Assembly (NCBI GenBank): GCA_977030845.1 | Contig: OZ365117.1 | Coordinates: forward strand, 2,976,001-3,040,000 | Source of the DNA: Fimbriosthenelais zetlandica | Lineage: Eukaryota | Length of the DNA stretch: 64,000 nucleotides | Direction of reading: 5' to 3' | Shown here: one piece after another, positions 1 through 12,400 of the stretch | Layout: the number at the start of each line of letters is the position of its first letter | How positions within the stretch are numbered: the first letter of the stretch is position 1 | Notes under the pieces: generated by a model | Seen by the model: only the letters and a program-made list of their open reading frames with translations | What the model was told of the DNA's origin: nothing | The model's database searches: none | Position numbers and translations under genes: made by a program

Positions 1-110
1 ATAAAAGAAAGGAGAGTTAATGCATGCATGTCCTGTGGTGTGTCTAGTCTGTTGGTCGGTAGGTGGCGTTGGTCGCAGGGGTCAAGAGGTCATACATCAG
101 TGGAACATAC

Positions 111-422
111 CCTTCTCAGCGCCTTTCACGCAGATTGGACGTAACATCTCCGTAGCGTCGCTTACTCCTTGTTTATTCACAGCTTTAATACGGACGTAGT
201 ACTCTTTACGTGCGGCCATGTTTTCAAGTTCACACTCAGTGACACTTGGTGGGAGTGTGGTCAGGGTGGCCCAGATGGAACATCCAGTCTCCCTCTTCTC
301 CAGAATGTAATGCATGAGTGGACTGCCTCCAGTATCCAACGGTGGATCCCAGGCTATAGAGCATGACGTGGCAGTTTGATGTGTGATGTGGAGCGCGCCT
401 GGCAGGCTTGGTGGGCATTTTT
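111..422 (-). CDS. FN3 exon (last exon visible in the window)
   Basis: KCPPSLPGALHI...WDPPLDTGGSPLMHYILEKR...YYVRIKAVNKQG. CTACAG acceptor, GTATGT donor. Confidence 0.92.
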
Positions 423-3400
423 CTGTAGGGCAAAGTGGGGAATAGTGTGTCAAAAACACCACCAAATCAAATGAAAAAATAACGAGCTGAGAAATGAATC
501 TAAACCAAATGAAATCATCGCAGAAGCCACAATGTTCAAGATGTCAACGCAAGCTTTTCATATTAGCGTTGGACTGAATTGTGTCACTTCCTTAGTATCT
601 GATATGTACAAATTCTAGCAAATATCTACTATATTTGCCTTGCAGAATTTTCAATCTTTTCATTTCATTTTCAGAAATGAAAGAGGAATATATATAAAGC
701 AAATGACAATCGAAAGACTAGTTCTTTTGAACAAGAATTACAATCCAAAATCTAGTCTACCGTTTACTTCAATTTATGAATGCAACAATTTGCTAACTGT
801 AAAATAATTTTCAATATAGGAGGACGGGTTTCGATATAAATTCATCAGAATTAAACATGCAGTAAAGAGATGCCAGCAATCAGTTGATATTACATCAAAC
901 TTGATAAAGAAACTTTGATGCATATCATAAAAACAAGAATGAGAGGACAAGCTGTTAAAAGGGGACACACTCATTACAAAACAGGAAAGGGGGATGGCGA
1001 AATCTACTTTCTAAAAGATCATGACCAGAACTTGATCTGTTAGAGGTAAGAAAATACTGAGGCAACAGAAGAAGTAAATCAATCATGATCAATCCCGTCT
1101 GTTAATGGTCTGGACATGTTGCTATGTCATTAGGGAAGCAAGAATCAAAGGACTGTTCTAACACTCGTGGGATCTCAAGACGTCAAAATCTCAATGCAGA
1201 CAAAATCCAAGTAACATACGCGAAAAGGGAGTTTAATGGATTAAGGACAGGCAGCAGCAGCGCATGAAGGGTGGTGTTTTGTGGACAGTTTTTTGTGTGT
1301 GGAAAAAACCCCAGGTATTTCCAAACTGGTGAGTTTATTAGGTGTTGATTTCAATCCATCAGGCAGCATGAAAATCCACTCTCAACAACTCGTCTCTCTC
1401 TCCATGGACCCCCAACCATTAATGGGGTATGGTTACCTTTGACAATGACTTGGCTTTTCTTCGTCACGTGAACTTCGCCTGTTTCGCTGATTTCACGTTT
1501 GACGTGCGTCTTGGTCAGTTTGGCCGTTACAGTCTCCTCCCTCTCTGATTCTCCTTCCTCTCGCATACATTTGATCTCCAGATTGTTCCTCTCTTTTATC
1601 TCGAGTTTTGTGGGAAGTTTCTTCACAAACCAAGGAGCACAACCTCCGTAACCAAGATGGCAAGCGAGGCTGAAGTTCTGTCCTTCAAGCATCTCCACAC
1701 GGGCTGGCAGTTTACGCAGAAAGTATGGAATCTGGTTGCGTCGCTTCGATCCTGGCGACAGGGATCCCTCCTTGGTTGTTCGGGCCACATCTAAAATTTT
1801 TTGTTTTGTTTTTGATTAGTCTCAAATAGAAATAAACTAACCCCACTTGGGGTTGAGTGGGGTTGGGGAGATGTATTTCCATGCAGGACGAGAACAACAA
1901 ATGACAACATGGCACACATTTCATGAAGATCAATTTTGAAAAAAAAATACCCGAGCAAAACCTCATATAGATGTGGTAATGTTGCTCGGGTTCCACAGTA
2001 AATCATTGGAATTGCTCGGGTCAATCCGACCTCGGCTCGGAAAGTACAATCTCTAACATGATGGTAGGGACAGTCTTTTCCAAACCAAGATCAGATATGG
2101 GACCTAGCTAACCACTAAACCTCATGGTCTCTGTCCACCAATGATGATAGAGTCAATGAGATCCAAGAGGGGAAAAAGCTGAAACCCCTACTGCTGACTA
2201 ACAGTGCTGGGATGCTGGAAATTAACATGGCTTGTTCAAGACCTAATCTCCATACAAGTAACAAATGAAGAGGTTTTCTCTGGAGACTTCTGAGAGATCG
2301 CTTACAAGCCAGGGTCACCAGGACTGAACGGATCCCGTCAGTGCATCAGCTCGCCCTAAAGTTCACCTCCGCATTCTGTTCACCATAAAGCAATGGCTCG
2401 CCTCAGCTATTAAGTTTCACTTTCAAAAGCAAGTCTTATTGATGTACGGACATTGTACCAAACTTGGATGAAAACAGGATCTTGACAACAGTGAATCACC
2501 CGCATCCAGCACATAGGACATCAGGGAGGCATTCATAAAAGCTATTTCCAGTTTTGTGAAGATATAGAGAGTCAATGGACTCAATATAAGACTGGAAAAA
2601 AGCTTAAATTTATGCAGGTCGACTATTCAAATACGCAAGATTCAATATGCAGACAAGCTTCATGCGAAAACAATTCCCGAAGGAAATGTCTTGGCATTAT
2701 GCTATGACTGCTGTATCGGTGACCTTGTGTGTTGGAAAGTCCTCAAAGAAGGAAAATCCATCACACAATGGTAACGTCAAGAAGTGAAATATAAGATAAA
2801 ACATTACAGAATATCATCTGAAAATGGTTACTCTCCATTAAGAGTTAACCATTTACAAGAGTCATCGACAGAATATGTCTCAAGGGAAATAAGTAAACAA
2901 TACTTCTGATCGATTGTTCAGCATCAGCTAGCTTCTAGTGCTGGCTACTACTTCAGCTTTAAGATATCCTCAGCAGCTGCTAATGATGAAAACAAATAAA
3001 ATATTATTTGAAACATTCACACTTACAATTAAAAAATAATTTATAAAAACCTCACATACTCACCCATACAAGGAGTCAGAACAACGAGCGCTGTTTATTA
3101 AAATATTCTATTTTATTTTCTGAGGATTTCGGGGGATATTACATTCACGAGGGTGGTGGCAAGACATGTCATACTACTAGAGGTTTGGGCTCTGCGGAAT
3201 GGAACAAGTCAGATTTCAAAATGAGGGTCCGAGATTTCCTCTGCATATCTCCCCGTATCAATAACCTTGGTGTACTCTAACCTACTTAATAACCCTAACC
3301 TGCACTGAGGGTGAACACATCCAAAACTCAGATGGAAAAAAAACTCCCTAACTAAATAAAACGCTGTACAAATAAAACTACCAATGGTGGTTGAAAGACG

Positions 3401-6400
3401 TGGATGGCCAACGTAAATAAATATATCACAAACAAGGCTGGATATATCCCATGAGGATCACAGACTGCAGGTAAATCTAGGATGGATGATGTCCTTTGGC
3501 TGTTAACAAAGAAAACTTAACCAATATTTAACTCACTTAAATCTAACTTAACGCTAGGATTGATGTATGTACACTACTTACAATTCAAGGTAATGATACA
3601 AGATGCGTCAATGACAGTCCCCCCGACGAACGAACGGGTTGGTGTTGCGGATGGCTCAGTGAGGTACAGCAGTCTTCTTTTTCTAAAACTTCGAAAGTGC
3701 TTCGAAATAACTAAAGATGTCAGAGTCTCGTAGAACAGCAGCTAGGCCAGGCTACGATGTGATGTTGCTAGGTTGGGTGCGTGTGAACAGTTAGTGATGC
3801 TGCTATGGTAATGGAACGAAAGCAGTTAGCCGTCCCACTGTCACCCCATCAAGTCCATCAGCAATACAATCGACTGCCAACAAAGTATTTTGTCAAAAAA
3901 AAAGAAAGTAAAGAAGAAGAAAGAAAACAACAAATAATCTTTGCAGTGACGTCACGAAGGGGGCTGCACGGTGGACTACCATTTCATGGCACATTCAGTT
4001 ATGCAGAGAAAGATAGAATAAATGACAAGTTCCATACTCACAGATAATCACCCTAACCTCAAGGTGGAGGATCAAATAAAAACTTAGAACCCAGACTTCA
4101 GAATGAAAAAAAATGAAAAATTTCACCTGGTGTTTTTAGTGGTATAACTCAATTTTGAATGGTGTGATCAAAAGTGCCCTAAACAAACCTCAAGCTGTAA
4201 ATGAGTGTATTGGTGGGAAGGTCTGTCTAAGATCTAAGGTAAGGAAGCTACATAATACTACAATACAAGGGTCACTTCGGGTGTTTTGGTTGGGGTCTCC
4301 CTTTTATGGTTTTGTAATATTTTGAGTCAAATCTGGTAGATTGGTGACCACTCGGAGGGCGAGGGTCAAACTAAACAAGCTGCTTCTTAAGTGCCACTCT
4401 AAATCTCTTAGTTACTTGGTCTCTCTTAGTACTTTACATTTCGATTCGTTTCTAGCTGCGTCAGTTACATGTACAGAAAGTTGTCTAATTCCTGGTTAAT
4501 CTAGAATCTGGGGACTAGCGAAGTGTTGAGTGAGTCTATGGTTGTTGTCAGGGGTTCGTCCCCGTACGCCAGGTATACCCGCTCAGATTGCTCCGAGACG
4601 CGCTGCAGAACGTGGGACGACTCTGAAGGACTCACAGTGGATTCCCTCAACCAAGACTCCAACTCTACCGCTGGGGCAGACTCTGTCAACGTAACAACCC
4701 AACATGGCATCAGAATCAACAACACATCAGTTACAAACAATTCTTAGAATTAAAATTCATTATTCATTAAATTATTAAACAATTCATAAGCAAACTCTTA
4801 AATTTCAAAGAATCTTAGTTGATACAGTGAAAACTATTGAAAAGTACATTGTATTTCAAAGAAGAGGGACCTCCTAATCCATAACATTCTAGTGCTGTGT
4901 GAACCAAATTCACACAGCTAATTATATCCTTATATATAATTGACAGCTAAAAAGATTACCTTGTATTCCTGTGGGGGAAAGATATAAGTTGTTAAGTAGA
5001 TAATGCACGAAAGTATGTAAAAAAAAACTTACAAAAGAAAAGAAATCTTACCGAAAATTCTCTTTGGAATGACTGGTTTGTCGAACTCAAGTGCATGACT
5101 GAGTCCATAGGCATTCTGTGCCTGGATCCTGAAGTAGTACATCTGGTTCTCAGACAGATCCGTCACACAGAACGCCGTGATGTCAGGGGGACACGTTCCA
5201 ACTTGTATCCATTGGCTCCGCTCAGCCTCACGTTTCTGAACGACGTAACGTTCAATAGGTGACCCGCCATTGTCTAGAGGAGGCTGCCAGTGAATGGCCA
5301 ACATGTTACGGGTCACTCGAATGAGGCGGATGGGGCCTTCTGGGGCAGTTGGTGGTCCTAAAGCAACAAAGGTAGATCGATTAAAATGAGCTGCACTATG
5401 AAATGCTACACCACAATTTGGGTACACATTTGTTCAGCAAGGTAGTGTAGGCACAATGGTAAATCATATATGTGTTCAAATTTGTTCAGGAAGGGAGTGT
5501 AGGCACATGGCAAATCATCTATGTGTTCAAATTTGTTCAGGAAGGGAGTGTAGGCACATGGCAAATCATCTATGTGTTCAAATTTGTTCAGGAAGGGAGT
5601 GTAGGCACAATGGTAAATCATCTATGTGTTCAAATTTGTTCAGGAAGGGAGTGTAGGCACATGGCAAATCATCTATGTGTTCAAATTTGTTCAGCAAGGT
5701 ATAGTGTAGGCACAATGATAAATCATATATGTGTACAGATTTGTTCAGCAAGGCAGTGTAGGCACAATGTTAAATCATATATGTGTACAAATTTGTTCAG
5801 CAAGGCAGTGTAGGCACAATGGTAAATCATTTATATATAAAGAACACTTTGTACTTACCCATTTGACTTTGTGGTACTACGGTTTCACGTAGTTCATTAG
5901 CTGGACTTGATCCAACATCATTCTCAGCGTAGACCCTGAACAGATAAGGATGGCCTTCTCTCAGGTTCTCTACACACATGATGAGACTGTCACTGGAGTC
6001 CACCTCCCGTACCCTGGACCAGGTCCCACCTGTACGAGACATGTCCTTCTTCTCTACGACATAGCGGAAGACTCGGCTGCCGCCGTCGTGTTCTGGTGGT
6101 AGCCAGCTGATCGTGACGCTGTCTTCAGTCACATCAGTGATCTCCAGGACCGCGGGTGGTGATGGTCTCCCTGAAAACAAGTAGTAACCACAATAAATCA
6201 GCTGGGCTAATTCTAACCACAAATTTCTTTTAGCAAAAAGTGCTCAAGACACCAAATTTCTGGATTGGCAGTTGGATTTTTCCTTATGATATTTGATATC
6301 TGATATTTGTATGATTTCGTGGTGGTTGGGTGTGATTTTTATTTCGCAATATTAGCGAATAACAGTCATTTTCTTTTAGCAAAGTAGCCTTTTTATTCGC

Positions 6401-9400
6401 AAAATGCGAGAGTGTGATCGGGTAGAGCGAGCCCAGATCAGCTTCCTTTCTTTTTTTTTTATCTGCTATCTTGGTTTAACCACCACCAGTTAGCAATTTT
6501 TAAGATATCTCAGGATTCGAATTTTCCAGATATCTCAAGAGTGGAATGAACATTTCCAGAACTATTAATTGTACTACTTCTAAACTTCTGGGGTAACACA
6601 TATTGCAGCAACCATGGTCACTGCAATACTACATTTAGGTGAAATGCAGATTTGATTACCAGTTACAACTTAAGTTTGACAATTATTGACGTTCTGTAGC
6701 ATAAAGAAGGACTTACATAGTGTTGGTTTGGGAACGATGGCAGTGCTGAGGGCCACAGGCTCGCCCACACCTTCAGGATTCTCAGCTCGAACACGGAAGT
6801 AATATTCACAGCCTTGAATCAGGTTATGGACGGTCCACCAGGTGCGGTGAGCTTCCATGGTAGCCACGGTGACCCACCGTCCACGTGCACCCTCACGCTG
6901 CTCCAGTACATAGCCTGTTAGTGGTACGCCTCCTGTGTTTTTAGGACGTGTCCACGTCAGTGTGATCGTGTCACGGGTGATATGGTCAATATCCAGACCC
7001 AGGGGAGCAGATGGCAGGCCTGGAAAAGAGATTATACCAGAGATGAGTCACACAAGTGATGTGTAAGGAGGCCAAGTTATGTTTGATTTCATATTAGGCG
7101 GTGTCAATTAGACACTGCACAATTGGACACCCTGACAATTGGTCAGACAATTAGGCACCCAGACAATTAGACACCCCACAAATAGATTCTTTGAAACAGG
7201 CACAGATCATTTAGGGTTAACCTAACCCTAGCCCTAGGATTTAAGCCTAGGGTTAGGGTTAGCCCTAGGTTTTAAGCCTAGGGTTAACCTTAACGCTAGG
7301 GTAAACGCTGGGTTAGGGCAGCTAACCTGGCGCCCCCACCCCTCTTGGGATCCACTCCTACACAATTGGACACCCTGACCCCAAAATTGATGACCCCACA
7401 ATTGGACAAAAATATGAGGATCTTACTTCTTGGTTTCATTGGTTTAATGGGATCGTCCAGCTCTCTCCATAAGCTGATGCCCTCTTCATTAGTCGAGGCT
7501 AGTCTGAGGTAGTAGGACAGGTTGGCGTGGAGGCCACGGACGGTGTACTTGGTCGTTACTGAGGACACTGTGGTAACAGTGGTCCATGTAGTTGAGGTAG
7601 AGTCACGTCTCTCTATGATATAACCTGTAATCGGTGCTCCACCCGATCTGTACGCCTCAGACCATTCTATGGTCACAGATTCTTCTGTGATTCCCACGAT
7701 GTAGATGTGAGCTGGTGGGCTTGGTATTGCTGCAATCACAATAATTGTATGCATTTAGATGGCATGGTCATGGTATTTCTGCTAGGTGATATGTGCCTAG
7801 AGGTGGTCTGGGTAGGTGATATGTGCCTAGAGGTGGTCTGGGTAGGTGATATGCAAGAGGTGCTGGTTTGGGGAGGTGGCATAGGGCAAGTTTGGGTAGG
7901 AGGTATGCATCTAGGGCAGGCCTGGGGCCTGTTTCATAACAATTGGCTAAAACATTGTTATGGAACAAATCCCAGTTTTAATTTCCAAAAGGTTATCCAT
8001 GGACATGTACAGGGTCCAATCTTAATGCCATAATTAAGATTACAAAAATATCAGCATGTCATTCTATATTTAACTAAATATAGCACTCACTGTATGGAGA
8101 TTTGGCCTCCACGGCCTTCCTGGTCTCCAGTGGCGTGCTCCTGCCGATGCTGTTCTCAGCGATTATTCTGAAGTGGTACATATGTCCAGCCATTAGATGA
8201 CCAACAGTGTATGAGTAGATGTGTGAGCGGACCCGGTCAACCCGTCTCCAGCTTGACCCGGCTGCTGTGTCGCGGTACTCTATGATGTAACCACTGACAG
8301 GTGCTCCACCATCAGACGCGGGAGGCTGCCAGGCGAGAGTCACTGACTGTCTGTTCAGCTGGGTGACGATCAGTGGACCGATAGGTGGTGACGGTGGCTC
8401 TGTAGGTAAAGGGAGAGAACATTGAGTATATTGTATACATTAAGCATGGCATTGAGTATATTGTATACATTAAGCATGGCATTGAGTATATTGTATACAT
8501 TAAGCATGGCATTGAGTATATTGTATACATTAAGCATGGCATTGAGTATATTGTATACATTAAGCATGGCATTGAGTATATTGTATACATTAAGCATGGC
8601 ATTGAGTATATTGTATACATTAAGCATGGCATTGAGTATATTGTATACATTAAGCATGGCATTGAGTATATTGTATACATTAAGCATGGCATTGAGTATA
8701 TTGTATACATTAGGCATGGCATTGAGTATAATGTATACATTAGGCATGGCATTGAGTATATTGTATACATTAAGCATGGCATTGAGTATATTGTATACAT
8801 TAAGTATGGCATTGAGTATATTGTATACATTAAGCATGGCATTGAGTATATTGTATACATTAAGCATGGCATTGAGTATATTGTATACATTAAGCATGGC
8901 ATTGAGTATATTGTATACATTAAGCATGGCATTGAGTATATTGTATACATTAAGCATGGCATTGAGTATATTGTATACATTAAGCATGGCATTGAGTATA
9001 TTGTATACATTAAGCATGGCATTGAGTATATTGTATACATTAAGCATGGCATTGAGTATATTGTATACATTAAGCATGGCATTGAGTATATTGTATACAT
9101 TAAGCATGGCAGTGAGTATATTGTTTACATTAAGCATGGCATTGAGTATATTGTTTACATTAAGCATGGCATTGAGTATATTGTATAAATTAAGCATGGC
9201 ATTGAGTGTATTGTATACATTAAACATGGCAGGGAACTATTGTAGTGATCCTGGGTCTAGTTTCATAACAATGCTTTAGTATATGGTTATGAAACAGGCA
9301 CCAGGGCCACAAGAGGATCTAGAAAAACCTGGAATCTAAAACAGGTTTTCTGACCAATGAATGCGAATGATGCTATGACATCGGTGGCATCAGGCCTGAT

Positions 9401-12400
9401 CCCCAGCATCACATTAAGCATGACAGGAGACTATTGTAGTGATCCAAAGGCTAGTTTCAAACAATGCTTTAGCATATAATTATATGGTTATGAAACAGGC
9501 CCCAGGCTCCAGGAATCTAAAAGGGTTTCTGACCAATGCTTTGAAAAGTATGAATGATGCCATGACATCGGTGGCATCAAGCCTGATCCCTGCAGCATCA
9601 AGCCTGATCCCTGCAGCATCAAGCCTGATCCCTGCAGCATCAAGCCTGGTCCCTGCAGCATCAGGCCTGATCCCTGCAGCATCAGGCCTGATCCCTGCAG
9701 CATCAGGCCTGATCCCTGCAGCATCAAGCCTGATCCCTGCAGCATCAGGCCTGATCGCTGCAGCATCAGACCTGATCCCTGCAGCATCAAGCCTGATCCC
9801 TGCAGCATCAGGCCTGATCCCGACTATCTTCAACTGCCCCATTCACCCAAGTATCTCCCCACCTAATTTCAGAAACAATATAAAAGATAACATAGCCTAC
9901 CTTGAAGGCGGATAGCCCTGACAGCAATGTCCACCTCCAGTGGGTCGCTCTCTCCCTCTTCATTCTGGCAGATCACCCGGAAGAGGTACTCAATGTTGTG
10001 ACTGAGACCACTGACTGTACAGAAGTTAGTGTAAGAGTCCACCATGGCCACTCTGTGCCAGTACAGACTGTCGAGCTCCCTGTACTCAATGATATAGGAC
10101 TTAATACGGCTCCCACCGTCACTACGTGGAGGATTCCACTCAATGGTGACCGAGTCAGACGTCACACGTCTCACCTTCAGACGTCCGGCAGGAGGATCTG
10201 GTTTGGCTGAGAGAAAAAACGAAAATTTATTTAGTTTGCTAAGGCATGAAAGGGTCTCCTGATGCCATATAATTAATTCTAAATGCACTTAGAAACAGTT
10301 GGCTAAGGCAAGAAAGGTGTGTTCTGATGCCATGTAACTATTTCTAAATGCACTTAGAAACAGTTAGCTAAGGCATGAAAGGGGTTTTCTGATGCCATGT
10401 AACTATTTCTATCATCCACAGGATATCCAAATGGATGTTTATCCGAGTTTTCATAGAACAATTGTCATCATAAGGCAGCCATTAAATAATGGTATAAAGA
10501 TACACTTACTTATTTTCCTGGCAGGAACAATAGCTCCATCAGAGCCGAGTGGTTCACTGAGACCTTCAATGTTCTCAGCGTACACTCTGTAGAAGTACTC
10601 CACGCCTTCTGACAGGTTATTGTTGGTGTACGTCAGATCGGTCGGTTTCACCCGGGCGACGCGCGTCCATGAGATCTGTCCGATGTCACGGCGTTCGATG
10701 ACATAGTCTGAGATGGCGGCGCCACCGTCGTGGGACGGTGGGTGCCAGGCGATGGTGATGGAGTCTCTAGTCCTGTCTGTGATGCGGAGAGGACCAGCAG
10801 GAGCTGCTGGACGCTCTGAAAACACAAATAAACATTTACAAGTATTTCTTTGCTTCAGGAACAAAATTACAGCATGTGATCCAATGGCTAGTTCTTCCAA
10901 AAGGGTCGACTGACTCTTTTATATGCAATTCAGATAGCGGGATACAGGGTTGGCCTCTTGGAAGCAGTACTTCAGTGGTGTATGCTTAGGGGCATGGTAC
11001 ACATTTGAGAAGTTAAAACTTTGAATGAATTAGGCTTACCATATGGTGTTTTAGCAATGAATGGTGATTCCATTTGGACAGCCTTTGATATGCCAGCTGC
11101 ATTCTCAGCCAGTACACGGAAGAAGTAATGGATACCAGTCTTCAGACCGTAGATGGTATGACTGTTCTCTGTCCCGTCCACTACTGTCACTGGGTCCCAC
11201 CGTGATTTGGTCATCTCACGTTTTTCAATGCGGTAACCTGTCACCAAGTCACCATCTACTGGTGCTGACCAGGTTAGTGTGGCGGAGTCACGGCTGAATG
11301 TACTGATGTCAACATGTCTTGGTGGTGCTGGTTTAGCTGGAAAAGACAAACAATTCAATTTTTTTTAGTTAGAATTTTTATAAAGCCTGTTATATGTGAA
11401 TACCAGCTCACACTCTTGATTACTCAAGTTTTCGTATGATTTTCAGCTGGGGGCTCTTTCTAAGTGCATTGCTACATTGCCTTCTGTGCAAGGGATATTT
11501 CTAGGTGCATGTGCTCTAGAACATTATGTACAACAGTGAGGAGGAAGGCATTGGAAATGCCTTGGACGGCTCGGGGGATTGAACCGCCGACCCTTCGATC
11601 ATTGGTCAATCACCCTGTATGGCGCTCTAACCAACTGAGCTAACTCCCCTCCTTAATTTGAGTCACAAAAGGCACCCCTAAAGTGGCCACATAAGATTTA
11701 AACAACCAGGAAAGAAGCAACACCCATGTACCAATAGTAATCTCTGATGAGGTCGTCCAGTGGTTTTATTTTTGCTTTGTAAGTGTGAATACAAGTAGTA
11801 TTAGTTACATATTACTACTAGCACATATAGCAAAACCCCTGCTAAAGTGCAGTTCCACTTGTGATAGAAGTTGCAGCAGAAAAATGGTAAATGTAGCAGA
11901 AAAATGGCAACATTTCCAAGAAATAAAATCAAGTGAATCATAAAACATAGCTCACCTGCCAGCCTTCTTGGAGTGACTGGAGTACTGGTCTCAACCGTAG
12001 CTCCAGTTCCAGCTCTGTTAACAGCAGCGATAGCAAAGTAATGAGCTTTGCCTTCTCTCAGTCCAGTTACAGTGAATGTTGTTGAGCGTGCGGTACCGAT
12101 CTCGTCCCAGATGTCATAGGCTGCGACCCGCTTATAGATCTTATAGCCTGTTACTGGCGTGCTGCCTTCATTAATAGGGGCAAACCAGTCCAGGGTAACA
12201 CTGTCCCGGGTAACTCGAGTCGGCCTCAGCATGTTGGGTGCTGCAGGTGTGGCTGTAAGCAACAACAGATCATGGTTACATATTTAAAGGCGTATTTATC
12301 TATGGTTGCAAAACCTTGTGACCATGGTCTTGTGCACCATAAGGATAAACATCTGACAAGGATCTAACGCGGATCCACAAATTTCTTTGAAAAGTGTTCA

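Noticed and set aside
8421-9230. CRISPR-like array
   Set aside because: Head-to-tail repeats with no unique spacers, in a spliceosomal-intron context.
8312-9279. Long ORFs of 262-285 aa on both strands
   Set aside because: They are translations of the 30-bp minisatellite (10-aa periodicity) inside an intron.
9439-9915. ORFs with LIPAASS/DAAGIRP repeats
   Set aside because: Translations of the 21-bp minisatellite.
11563-11649. Functional tRNA gene
   Set aside because: The acceptor stem (GGGGAGT vs AGCCGTC) and T stem do not pair properly, and no clear anticodon loop is present.
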